DNA from: Amphiscolops sp. MND2022
Taxonomy: Eukaryota
DNA length: 64,000 nt
Direction of reading: 5' to 3'
NCBI GenBank assembly: GCA_964187785.1
Contig: OZ076415.1
Coordinates: forward strand, 28,458,001 to 28,522,000
Shown here: piece after piece, positions 1 to 11,949 of the stretch
Numbering within the stretch: the stretch's first letter is position 1
How the letters are laid out: each line of letters begins with the position of its first letter
The notes under the pieces: generated by a model
Databases searched by the model: none
What the model was told of the DNA's origin: nothing
Seen by the model: the letters and a program-made list of their open reading frames with translations, nothing else
Translations under genes and position numbers: made by a program

Positions 1-145
1 GAATTTCAAAAGGAAAAAATAAATCTTTTCGGATTTGTGGGAATCGAACCGACGATCTTTAGAGACCGAGTCCAAGGCTCTACTGACTGAGCAATCACTG
101 CCTAATAAATGTTTTTTATATATTAACGATATTGCTACCACAACA
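1..145 (-). repeat. 3' LTR (partial) of BEL/Pao element 1
   Basis: Begins TGTTG on minus directly after a purine-rich tract. Aligns by eye with the 5' LTR at 5477-5760, with clear divergence. Confidence 0.85.
29..102 (-). ncRNA. tRNA-derived module (Pol III A/B boxes) inside the 3' LTR; not a canonical tRNA gene
   Basis: Minus strand reads GCTCAGTCAGTAGAGC (A-box/D-arm), TTGGA-CTCGGTC-TCTAA (anticodon-like arm), GGTTCGATTCC (B-box/T-loop). Acceptor stem is decayed. Confidence 0.7.
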
Positions 146-157
146 TTCTCCGGCCCC
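146..157 (-). promoter_or_regulatory. Polypurine tract of BEL/Pao element 1
   Basis: GGGGCCGGAGAA on minus, immediately before the LTR start TGTTG. Confidence 0.7.
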
Positions 158-264
158 AAGAAGAAGAAAAATATCTTATAGACAAAACAAAAAGTTTTTT
201 TTATTTTGTTCACACATGTTGTTACATTGAGCATGAATAAAAGAAGTTGAGAAAAAAATGTTGT

Positions 265-3200
265 TTATTCTGGAGATGGAAGGACGGGAGCGAGTTTGAC
301 TATTGGGCGAACAAGGTTACCATATGTTGTTCTGACTTCAGCGGACTTAGTGACAGCATCTGTGCCGAAGGCTTTACAACACAAGTTAGTGAATAATGCC
401 CTCTAGGTTCAACAATCCACCCGAAAGCTTCGGTTTTAAGATCTTCGTTTGATTGCGATGACCACTTCGAACGGCGGTTCAGCGTGGGAACGTATTCTTA
501 TATTCACCTGCTCCATTTTACGTCGGAATAAGCCTGCGCTCGAGCGTAACCCTTGTGATGGTCGACGTCTACTTGCTGATGCGAAGGTAGTACTGAACCC
601 GGAGAAATGAGTAGAAAATGATTTTGAGTTAAGGCTTCCAAGCCGGATGCATATGCACTAGCAGGTACTAACGGTTGTGCATTCAAACTTTGGTTTACGA
701 GGCAGAACGTGGTTGCAATATTTTCGACTGTCAGACGTCTGTTCCCGAGGACAGCGTAGAATACGTGCTTGAAACTATGTACCAAAAGTTCTGAAACACC
801 TCCATGGTGAGGAGCACTGGGTGGTTCAAATTTCTACTTGATTCTTTTCTTAACAAGTGATTCAGCGAGGACTTCTTGATTCAAGTTTCTGACGTTCTGT
901 AACATTTCCTTGTAACTGGCTTTAAAGTTGGTGCCGTTGACCGATCAAAGAACTGACGGAGTGCCTTGTCGCGCAGCAAATTGTTCAATTCTCATCACGC
1001 AACTACTGGTGTCCATTGATGGCACAACTTCAAAATGAACGGCCCGCGTAGTCAGGCAAAAAGCAATCCCCAACGTTTCTCAGTAAAAAGTTTCACGGAC
1101 ACACAGAAGGGACCAACTTAGTCGATTCCAGTATTGCTGAATGGTCTTTTGTATGCAAGTCTCTCTCGTCGAAGATCGGACATCATAAAAGCTAACGTCT
1201 CAGCTTTGCGCTTACGGCAGGTGATGCACCTGGATACAATTGACTTCAAGGTTGCTGTCAATTTGACAATTGCGTACTATTGATGGGTCAACGCCCTCAA
1301 GTATTCAACACCTTGGTGGCATAGATTGCTATGAAAGTTTTACAGGAACAACTGAACTAGTTGATGACGACTATCTCCAGTGGAAGTGTCTTTCATGTCA
1401 AACGAAGCAACATCCAGCTATTTGGTGACATTCTGAAACTCGCAATGAACCATTACGTCCAATTAAAGGGAAAAATTTTAGAAGACCTGCTGAGGGGGGA
1501 TGACTTCAACAAGCGTTTCTTTTCAGTAATAAACGACTCAAGTTGTTAAAGATGGAACGTTCGCTGTTGGGCATTATCGAGTTCAGCTAGATCCGTAATG
1601 CCTCCGTTGTCAGTGCGCTGTGATTTGTTCGTTCTTCTGAAGAAGACGTAACCTGTAAGCCACAATGCGCAGAAGCGTCTCGTATGAGCTATACTTTGGC
1701 CACTCGAAAAATTTTGTAATTTCGGCTACTGTTGCAGAGATTGTAGTACACTGATATTCTTTGGTTTCGATAGCTTCAGTGGAATTAGCGCCTTTTTTGA
1801 ACTTTACTGTCTGACGAAATTCCTCTGGAGTTTTTAAAGGAAAGTCGGATGTTTTAGAAAGTCGGTCCGGTCAGCCAACTACTGTTCAAAAGGGCTGTGC
1901 AGATAACTCACGGGTGCTCGCAACAGTCGGGTTATGAGCTGTAGCGACGTATTGCCACTCCTCAACGGTAATTAACTCTAGAATATCGCATACTCGGTTC
2001 GCGAGAAATGTGGGTTGCTTTTCTAAGGACGTACACTACTGAAGCACATTAGACACAAACTCTGTCAGTTTAAACCTACCCAAAGGAAGCATTTTAACAA
2101 GATCCTTCGCTTTGTTGAAGGCTTCGTTAGCAATTGGACTTGATTCGATGTAATCGTCCATGAAAAAGTTGTTGTGAACGCTCCGTGCTGCATCTGGAAA
2201 GTTGGCTTAGTTATCTGTGGCGGTTCGTTTCAGTACGTACTTAGAGCATGTTGGCGAATCTTTGGAGCCAAAAATAGGCCAAAAAATCTCAAAAACAGCA
2301 ATTTCGATTGTGGTGGGGTGCTCCCGTCACAAAAATTGAAGTGATGGTCTGTCACGTGGGATCCAACTTGAAGAAACATTCCTTCGATGTCCGCAGATAC
2401 AGCAAGAGGATCTTGACAGAAACAACAAAAATGCGGAGTAGGTTTTGCATCAAATCTGGTCCTGCTAGAAGAGCACTGTCCAAGGACTGACCATGAAAGT
2501 TTGCAGCTCCATCAAGAACCATACGGACTCTGCCAGGCTTAGGGTTAAGAGGATGCACGACCGGATGATGCGGCACATGCCATTCACGGGCTGGTCTATT
2601 TTTAATAGTCTAAACAGTCAATTTTTTCCACTTGAACAGTACAGCCTTCCGCGAAATCAACGCTAGTTGCTTCAGTGTAACTGGTTTTTCAAACGGCATC
2701 CTTTTGTAGACGTCGCTCAAGTGATTTCAGTTGAACGAGGGCAGAAAAATAAATGTTCGGTAATCGACTTTCATCGTCGGTCCACAACCTACCCTGTTGG
2801 TATCGGGACCCATGATGGTATTTCGTTTCATCGAACGTCTTCGCCGCTCTTGCGTCAGTAGCGGAACGGGAATTCACTTGTTTAAACGCGCCGTACGATT
2901 CTATGTCATACCAACATCGGAGTCGGTCGGAGAGTGTCAAATCGTGCTCTCTCTGGGTAACAGCTTTAAAGCATGTCGCAAACATGCCCGTGGTCGACGG
3001 AAGGGGTCCACTCATTACCCAGCCCAATGATACACGGACAGCAACTGGGGTTTTTCGACGGTCGGATTCCAACTACTCCAGTGGTCAGATAGAGTGGGAA
3101 ACGTCCTGACCAAAAACCATTTTCACATTTGTGTAGCTGTACTTGCTGAGAGCGATTGGTTCAAGGAGTGGATAGCAAGACGTCAAATCATCTACGTCGA

Positions 3201-3433
3201 TTAAATCATTTTCAATAGTCAGTTAACCTCGCACATGAGGTTTGACAGTAAAAGAGGTGCAAGAGTCACCCAAAAGAACCGGTGTCAACTTGAGTTCGAC
3301 CATTTGAGTGTCAACAACTTTTTTGGAGTTATTTTTGTGTACACATCAAATTTGCGGGCTAGTTCAGAGGAAACCCAAGAATGACTACACGCTGAGTTGC
3401 ACAAACCAATACCCTCTCCAATTTTTCTGAAGG
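265..3433 (-). pseudogene. BEL/Pao pol (protease-RT-RNaseH-integrase) pseudogene
   Basis: ORF fragments 504-785, 2352-2576 and 2689-3072 carry Pao-type motifs; the frame ends VKLAPVLPSPE* near 265. Confidence 0.88.
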
Positions 3434-5478
3434 TTGCATTTCCATTTCCGTTTTTAGTAACAATCCTTCCACGTCAGAGACAGAAGTGATGCATGAGCTG
3501 ACTTGGTTTTTCTTTTTGATTGCTGTCGATTCGCTACAAGTAGTTGTTTCACTATTGCTCTCTTCCGGGGCAGTGGGCAGTTGCGGAACGAGTGTTGTCC
3601 ATTGAAGCAAGAGAAGCAAAATTTATTCTCAATGACAACCTTCGCTTGTTCCGTTGGAGCCTCTTTTCTTATCACTGACATTGCCACAACGGTTGTGAAC
3701 CTTTGCAAACTACACTACTGGCTTGGGATTTCTAGGTTGACGGCTTGGTTGCCAGGGTATTTCTAGTGGAAGTTGTTCTTGCAGCGAACACTTTATAATC
3801 CGTATTGGTTTTTGGTACGTTGCCGGTTGGGTTTTCGTCAATTTTTGGTTTTCCCAAGTAAAATTTTCATCCTTTCGTGAGCCTCAGCTTCGGCCTCCAG
3901 CCAATCGTTCGAGAAAGTAATCAATGACATGTATTGGAAAGTGCGACAGAAAGTTGCGTGATCGCTTCACGAACTCGCCAAAACGATTGGACCCCCAATG
4001 GCTGAAGCCGAGTCACTTGCAACGTTCGAGTCGTATTTGAATGACGAAGACGAAGTTCGAGCAATGAGTGCCTCTGTATGGACACCATATAAAATTTTTA
4101 TTTAACTAAAGTTTGTTGCATTTCCATTTCCGTTTTTAGTAACAATCCTTCCACGTCATAGACAGAAGTGATGCATGAGCAGACTTCGTTTTTCTTTTTG
4201 ATTGCTGTCGATTCGCTACAAGTAGTTGTTTCACTATTGCTCTCTTCCGGGGCAGTGGGCAGTTGCGGAACGAGTGTTCTCCATTGAAGCAAGAGAAGCA
4301 AAATTTATTCTCAATGACAACCTTCGCTCGTTCCGTTGGAGCCTCTTTTCTTATCACTGACATTGCCACAACGGTTGTGAACCTTTGCAAACTACACTAC
4401 TGGCTTGGGATTTCTAGGTTGACGGCATGGTTGCCAGGGTATTTCTAGTGGAAGTTGTTCTTGCAGCGAACACTTTATAATCCGTCTTGGTTTTCGGTAC
4501 GTTGCCGGTTGGGTTTTCGTCAATTTTTGGTTTTCCCAAGTAAAATTTTCATCCTTTCGTGAGCCTCAGCTTCGGCCTCCAGCCAATCGTTCGAGAAAGT
4601 AATCAATGACATGTATTGGAAAGTGCGACAGAAAGTTGCGTGATCGCTTCACCAACTCGCCAAAACGATGGGACCCCCAATGGCTGAAGCCGAGTCACTT
4701 GCAACGTTCGAGTCGTATTTGAATGACGAAGACGAAGTTCGAGCAATGAGTGCCTCTGTATGGACACCATATAAAATTTTTATTTAACTAAAGTTTGTTG
4801 CATTTCCATTTCCGTTTTTAGTAACAATCCTTCCACGTCAGAGACAGAAGTGATGCATGAGCTGACTTGGTTTTTCTTTTTGATTGCTGTCGATACGCTA
4901 CAAGTAGTTGTTTCACTATTGCTCTCTTCCGGGGCAGTGGGCAGTTGCGGAACGAGTGTTGTCCATTGAAGCAAGAGAAGCAAAATTTATTCTCAATGAC
5001 AACCTTCGCTCGTTTCGTTGGAGCCTCTTTTCTTATCACTGACATTGCCACAACGGTTGTGAACCTTTGCAAACTACACTACTGGCTTGGGATTTCTAGG
5101 TTGACGGCTTGGTTGCCAGGGTATTTCTAGTGGAAGTTGTTCTTGCAGCGAACACTTTATAATCCGTCTTGGCTTTCGGTACGTTGCCGATTGGGTTTTG
5201 TCAATTTTTGGTTTTCCCAAGTAAAATTTTCATCCTTTCGTGAGCCTCAGCTTCGGCCTCCAGCCAATCGTTCGAGAAAGTAATCAATGACATGTATTGG
5301 AAAGTGCGACAGAAAGTTGCGTGATCGCTTCACGAACTCGCCAAAACGATGGGACCCTCAATGGCTGAAGCCGAGTCACTTGCAACGTTCGAGTCGTATT
5401 TGAATGACGTAGACGAAGTTCGAGCAATGAGTGCCTCTGTATGGACACCATATAAAATTTTTATTTAACTAAAGTTTG
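3434..5478 (-). repeat. Three near-identical ~682-bp tandem copies of the BEL leader and 5' gag (zinc knuckle)
   Basis: Equivalent ORFs at 3454-3708, 4136-4390 and 4818-5072 are spaced 682 bp apart. Unit junctions AAAGTTTG|TTGCATT fall at ~4115 and ~4797. Confidence 0.95.
5441..5450 (-). promoter_or_regulatory. Candidate primer-binding site of BEL element 1
   Basis: TGGTGTCCAT on minus, ~27 nt inside the LTR end; repeated in each tandem unit. Primer tRNA not identified. Confidence 0.4.
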
Positions 5479-5760
5479 TATTGAAGATCAAGATGGAACA
5501 ATAATGAATCGAAGTCAAGTTTTATTTACCGCCAAGTAAAGACTTGATCACACAAACATGAGAAAAGGACCAACTTTTTGATCTCAATAGCAAGACGTTT
5601 TCGATAGTATTTTAGAGAGTTTAAATAAGAATAAATGAAATTTTTCGGACTTGTGGGAGTCTAACCAACAATCTTTAGGTTCCAAGCCCAACGCTCTACT
5701 GACTGAGTTTTCACTGCCAAAAAATGTTTATTATAAGTCAACGATATTGCTACCGCAACA
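5477..5760 (-). repeat. 5' LTR of BEL/Pao element 1
   Basis: Minus strand runs TGTTG...ATACA. Homologous to 1-145. The CA end coincides with the tandem-unit breakpoint. Confidence 0.85.
5646..5718 (-). ncRNA. tRNA-derived module in the 5' LTR (B-box degenerate)
   Basis: CTCAGTCAGTAGAGCGTTGGG-CTTGGAA-CCTAAAGATTGTTGGTTAGACTCCCACAAGTCCG on minus; same position as in the 3' LTR. Confidence 0.6.
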
Positions 5761-5852
5761 AAGTTTTTTCTAGGAGACGTTTTAGTCTCGTCAAGGTGTT
5801 CGACATGGTTCTCTTCAGCTAGAGGAGCTTCAAGATCTCTTGAGACTAGTTC

Positions 5853-7500
5853 TTCTATGGCTTTACTTTTCTGACCTTTAGTTGTCATTTTCTGAAAAAA
5901 GAAGAGTTTTGAAATTTGAGAGTTTTGTGTTAAAACTTCAACGTTTTGTCTACGTTAGAAAAGAATGCGAGTAACAAGGTAGTTAATCAACTGAAGTTTT
6001 ATGTTATTATCAAAGTATATAATCATTTGCTTCCCAGCATTATTTTTTGTTACCTAAAATATCCTAGGTATCCTAAAAATTAGGTTTTTCTACCGGAAAA
6101 CTCATTTGATTCATATCATTTCAGTCCTGCGTCATAAATCCAGGTGTCGAAATTCCTAGTTGCGTCAACTATTCGTCACCTCTGTTGAAATTATAAGTTG
6201 TTCAGGCTGACACATTTCCTCTTTGAGCGTTAATAGGCGGCAAAATAAAAGTGTTCTCGACTTTATTTTGATGAAAGCACGCTGGCGTAATAAATGAACC
6301 ATTTTCAAACAGGAGAAATTAAAAAGATCGAGACAAAAGTATAACTAGCAGAATTGGCTACGTCATTAAATGGAAAAAAATGTTTCCGAAGTTGAGACTG
6401 AGAAATACGGAGGAAAAGTGATGCTGAAAAGTTACAGATTTAGTAATGAACATTTTCCTAATGGTGATACTATCCGTGTAATTACTTCATTATTTTTACA
6501 TAAAGGAGTATAACGTAAACAGCACGTTAAATATACAACGAAACATCATCAACATTATCTCAAACTAGCAAATCAACAGCATCAACAGGGTCTTATGTTT
6601 TAGAATCTATTGCAAAATTCAGTTGAAAGGACATTTTCTGGTAGTTTTCTCAATTTGGATGAACGTTAATTTTACCTCGCGTTTTCATACTACATGAAAA
6701 AAAGAGTGCAATAAAGCGTTTAAATCGGAAAGGAATATAAATTGTAGGAAACAAACCAGTAGGCCGCTTTGTTAATGCGCTTCTGAACAGTTGCATAAAT
6801 CAATTCAGGTCAGAAGTTATTTTACTCCTTTGGTGAATTCATTGATATTTTCATATCTTGCCTTACAAATAGCTTCCCTAACTTAACTAGAAACTATTTT
6901 GTGGCATTCATTTAAATTTTCTTGTGTAAGAATTCTCATATTCAGAGAAGAACGTTGCTCGTTAATAGAAATCACTTTCAACTGCAACGTAGCGTCAACT
7001 TGTGAATTAAGATTAGGTATAGCTGACTAACGGGTGACGGAGGGATTACGTCAAGCTCAGAAATCATTCTAATTCTCTTATTAATGACGTCACAAAAATA
7101 TTTCTCATTGGTCTGAGCGCAAATAAACTGGCATAGCTGCAACGTTTTTGGTCCGTTGAGGTACTGGCTAATTTGGGAATTGAATTTACTGCAAGACGCT
7201 TTCTTTACGTTGTGATGATTTGATTAGATAACACTCTTGTAATTTTTGTATATTAACAACGTCCTCAAAACAATTTTATTTTACTATTTCGAGCATTTTT
7301 TTGGTATTTCATGTTGGCCGTTACCCGCTGAAATAACGGGTTAAATGTTGTTTCATTTTTAGTTTCAATGAACAAAATGGATAGATTTGATTTTCGAAGT
7401 TAAATTTCTGTTTCCATTTTTAAGTTGTTATAAAATCTCGTTGCGAAAATGAAATCGGAAATAGAAAACAAGAATGTGTGAAAAATTGAACCGGACGTTT
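5853..7500. repeat. Near-identical direct duplicate of 8701-10350 (left arm of the fold-back element)
   Basis: TTCTATGGCTTTACTTTTCTGACC starts at ~5853 and ~8701; sequences match through ...GAACCGGACGTTT. Confidence 0.93.
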
Positions 7501-8697
7501 TCCATGGTGGTATTTCGTTTCATCGAACGTCTTCGCCGCTCTTGCGTCAGTAGCGGAACGGGAATTCACTTGTTTAAACGCGCCGTACGATTCTATGTCA
7601 TACCAACATCGGAGTCGGTCGGAGAGTGTCAAATCGTGCTCTCTCTGGGTAACAGCTTTAAAGCATGTCGCAAACATGCCCGTGGTCGACGGAAGGGGTC
7701 CACTCATTACCCAGCCCAATGATACACGGACAGCAACTGGGGTTTTTCGACGGTCGGATTCCAACTACTCCAGTGGTCAGATAGAGTGGGAAACGTCCTG
7801 ACCAAAAACCATTTTCACATTTGTGTAGCTGTACTTGCTGAGAGCGATTTGTTCAAGGAGTGGATAGCAAGACGTCAAATCATCTACGTTGATTAAATCA
7901 TTTTCAATAGTCAGTTAACCTCGAACATGAGGTTTGACAGTAAAAGAGGTGCAAGAGTCACCCAAAAGAACCGGTGTCAACTTGAGTTCGACCATTTGAG
8001 TGTCAACAACTTTTTTGGAGTTATTTTTGTGTACACATCAAATTTGCGGGCTAGTTCAGAGGAAACCCAAGAATGACTACACGCTGAGTTGCACAAACCA
8101 ATACCCTCTCCAATTTTTCTGAAGGTTGCATTTCCATTTCCGTTTTTAGTAACAATCCTTCCACGTCAGAGACAGAAGTGATGCATGAGCTGACTTGGTT
8201 TTTCTTTTTGATTGCTGTCGATTCGCTACAAGTAGTTGTTTCACTATTGCTCTCTTCCGGGGGGCAGTGGGCAGTTGCGGAACGAGTGTTGTCCATTGAA
8301 GCAAGAGAAGCAAAATTTATTCTCAATGACAACCTTCGCTCGTTCCGTTGGAGCCTCTTTTCTTATCACTGACATTGCCACAACGGTTGTGAACCTTTGC
8401 AAACTACACTACTGGCTTGGGATTTCTAGGTTGACGGCTTGGTTGCCAGGGTATTTCTAGTGGAAGTTGTTCTTGCAGCGAACACTTTATAATCCGTCTT
8501 GGTTTTCGGTACGTTGCCGGTTGGGTTTTCGTCAATTTTTGGTTTTCCCAAGTAAAATTTTCATCCTTTCGTGAGCCTCAGCTTCGGCCTCCAGCCAATC
8601 GTTCGAGAAAGTAATCAATGACATGTATTGGAAAGTGCGACAGAAAGTTGCGTGATCGCTTCACGAACTCGCCAAAACGATGGGACCCCCAATGGCT
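7501..8697 (-). repeat. Duplicated BEL fragment (copy of ~2810-3995)
   Basis: ORF 7420-7764 repeats the peptide of 2689-3072; nucleotide identity runs to GGGACCCCCAATGGCT. Confidence 0.93.
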
Positions 8698-8759
8698 TCT
8701 TTCTATGGCTTTACTTTTCTGACCTTTAGTTGTCATTTTCTGAAAAAAAGAAGAGTTTT

Positions 8760-11700
8760 GAAATTTGAGAGTTTTGTGTTAAAACTTCAACGTTTTGTCT
8801 ACGTTAGAAAAGAATGCGAGTAACAAGGTAGTTAATCAACTGAAGTTTTATGTTATTATCAAAGTATATAATCATTTGCTTCCCAGCATTATTTTTTGTT
8901 ACCTAAAATATCCTAGGTATCCTAAAAATTAGGTTTTTCTACCGGAAAACTCATTTGATTCATATCATTTCAGTCCTGCGTCATAAATCCAGGTGTCGAA
9001 ATTCCTAGTTGCGTCAACTATTCGTCACCTCTGTTGAAATTATAAGTTGTTCAGGCTGACACATTTCCTCTTTGAGCGTTAATAAGCGGCAAAATAAAAG
9101 TGTTCTCGACTTTATTTTGATGAAAGCACGCTGGCGTAAACAATGAACCATTTTCAAACAGAAGAAATTAAAAAGATCGAGACAAAAGTATAACTAGCAG
9201 AATTGGCTACTTCATTAAATGGAAAAAAATGTTTCCGAAGTTGAGACTGAGAAATACGGAGGAAAAGTGATGCTGAAAAGTTACAGATTTAGTAATGAAC
9301 ATTTTCCTAATGGTGATACTATCCGTGTAATTACTTCATTATTTTTACATAAAGGAGTATAACGTAAACAATACGTTAAATATACAACGAAACATCATCA
9401 ACATTATCTCAAACTAGCAAATCAACAGCATCAACAGGGTCTTATGTTTTAGAATCTATTGCAAAATTCAGTTGAAAGGACATTTTCTGGTAGTTTTCTC
9501 AATTTGGATGAACGTTAATTTTACCTCGCGTTTTCATACTACATGAAAAAAAGAGTGCAATAAAGCGTTTAAATCGGAAAGGAATATAAATTGTAGGAAA
9601 CAAACCAGTAGGCCGCTTTGTTAATGCGCTTCTGAACAGTTGCATATATCAATTCAGGTCAGAAGTTATTTTACTCCTTTGGTGAATTCATTGATATTTT
9701 CATATCTTGCCTTACAAATAGCTTCCCTAACTTAACTAGAAACTATTTTGTGGCATTCATTTAAATTTTCTTATGTAAGAATTCTCATTTTCAGAGAAGA
9801 ACGTTGCTCGTTAATAGAAATCACTTTCAACTGCAACGTAGCGTCAACTTGTGAATTGAGATTAGGTATAGCTGACTAACGGGTGACGGAGGGATTACGT
9901 CAAGCTCAGAAATCATTCTAATTCTCTTATTAATGACGTCACAAAAATATTTCTCATTGGTCTGAGCGCAAATAAACTGGCATAGCTGCAACGTTTTTGG
10001 TCCGTTGAGGTACTGGCTAATTTGGGAATGAATTTACTGCAAGACGCTTTCATTACGTTGTGATGATTTGATTAGATAACACTCTTGTAATTTTTGTATA
10101 TTAACAACGTCCTCAAAACAATTTTACTTTACTATTTCGAGCATTTTTTTGGTATTTCATGTTGGCCGTTACCCGCTGAAATAACGGGTTAAATGTTGTT
10201 TCATTTTTAGTTTCAATGAACAAAATGGATAGATTTGATTTTCGAAGTTAAATTTCTGTTTCCATTTTTAAGTTGTTATAAAATCTCGTTGCGAAAATGA
10301 AATCGGAAATAGAAAACAAGAATGTGTGAAAAATTGAACCGGACGTTTTTGTTAAAATCTTGCTTTCTAAAATTCTGCGTTGTATGGTCATCGATGGAAG
10401 CGTTAGTTTTAAGTTAGTAAAACCTTTGCTTACAGCACAGCCAAACTTTTCTTAAAGGAATTTGAACATAGAAGTTGACGTTCATACGTCGCAGAATTTT
10501 AGCCAGCAAAATTTCAATAAGAACTTCCAATTCAACATTTCACACATAGTTATTGTCTTTTTCCGGTTTCATTTTCTGAACGATTTCCATTTTATTCAAT
10601 TTATCAAAACAGAAGTATAAATTCTAGGGAAAACTTATTCATCGTGTTTATTGAAACTAAAAATGAAACAACATCTAACCCGTTATTTGAACGGTCACCA
10701 TACAACCTGGAAAACCAAAAGAAACAAGTGTTGAAAATGGTAAAGAAGGTTTGCTTCGGAGCCGTTGGTAAAAGTTATTAAAACTGCAATCATTTAATCT
10801 AAGCAAATGTTCACAACGTCTTGGAAGCGTCCTACAGCGAGTTCAGTTTCCCAAATAGCTAGCTCGACGGACCAAAAGCGTTGCAATCACTGCAGTTTAT
10901 TTTCATTCAGGTCAAAGAGAATGATTTTTTTGACTTCATCAGAAAGAGAATTTGAATGATTTTTGAGCTTGACGTAATCCCTCCGTCAACCTTCAGTCAG
11001 CTATAGCCAATCCCAATACACATTTGGACGCTACGTTGCATTTGAACGTTTTCTAATGATGAGCAACCCTCTTCCCCAAAAGGAAGGAGATTTCCACAAT
11101 ACTAAATGAACGGCACGAAAATTTTAGTTGCTACGAGTTTTAGTCAGGTTAGGAGGCTGTGCTGTGATGCAAGACATGAAATCATCATTGAAGTCATCAG
11201 AGGAGGAAATTGCTTACTTGACCTGAAATGATAAATGCATGTTTTTAAACGCGCGTTAACCAAACGAGCGTTGTAATACCATGTTTCCTAAAAAGTATGT
11301 GTTCGAAAAAGTATATGCAATACCAAGTTCCTAAAAAGTATCCGACTTAGGCGCTCGATTGCTCTATCTTTCGAAATAGTATAAAAATGCGACGTAAGGT
11401 TAACGTTGATCCAAATAGAACAAACTGCAAGAATATGTCTTTTCAACAGAGAAAGTGTAGCAGTTGCAAGCGTGACTTCGTTCATATTTTGGATTGTAAT
11501 GATGTTAAACCATCATGATGCTGTTAATTTGCTACTTGGATATAATGTCCTTAACTAATATGTTCAGTTGTATATTTAAGGTGCAGTTTACGTTACACCA
11601 GTTTGGAGCGCGCTGCGACAAAGATTACCCAATTAGCTCGAGAAAAGAGCATATCTGCTCGTCTTGTTCTCGCCCCTGAGAACAATATTTTTGGTAAAAT

Positions 11701-11900
11701 AATTTGTAGTTGTTGCAAATTCAAGAAAAACCTCGTTTAAAATTTGTCAGTTGTCGATAACATAATACAAAACCAGTTTCTGATGACAATGCTTGAGCTG
11801 TGACTCAGTCCTGTTTTTCAAAGATAATGGTATACAATTAGGCTCCGTCAGCCACTTATAGACTTTCCTCGAGTTGTCAACTGTTTTTTCTTGGTGACTG
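8760..11900. repeat. Long imperfect palindrome (fold-back-like element) centred near 10430, arms ~1.5 kb, non-coding
   Basis: Inverted matches: 9881-9920 GGGTGACGGAGGGATTACGTCAAGCTCAGAAATCATTC vs ~10954-10990; 10369 AAAATTCTGCG vs 10489 CGCAGAATTTT; 9360-9440 vs ~11510-11600. Confidence 0.8.
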
Positions 11901-11949
11901 TTCAACAGTATTTTGACGAAAACACCTTAGTTTGCTTTGCTGTTGAAGG

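Larger units (their letters stand above)
1..5760 (-). mobile_element. BEL/Pao LTR retrotransposon (element 1), decayed; 3' LTR runs off the window start
   Basis: Related LTRs both start TGTTG(C/T)GGTAGCAATATCGTT on minus (at 5760 and 145). Internal minus-strand fragments show a gag zinc knuckle (CFSCFNGQHSFRNC), the Pao protease-RT linker (TPVAVRVSLGWVMSGP), RT (VRMVLDGAANFHGQSLDSALLAGPDL) and a Pao integrase tail (LTQNHFL...RAQAYSD...VKLAPV). Many stops and frameshifts. Confidence 0.92.

Noticed and set aside
29-102. Functional tRNA gene (also 5646-5718 and 41903-41975)
   Set aside because: Acceptor and T stems are disrupted, the body and anticodon identities disagree, and all copies lie inside LTRs; reported as tRNA-derived modules instead.
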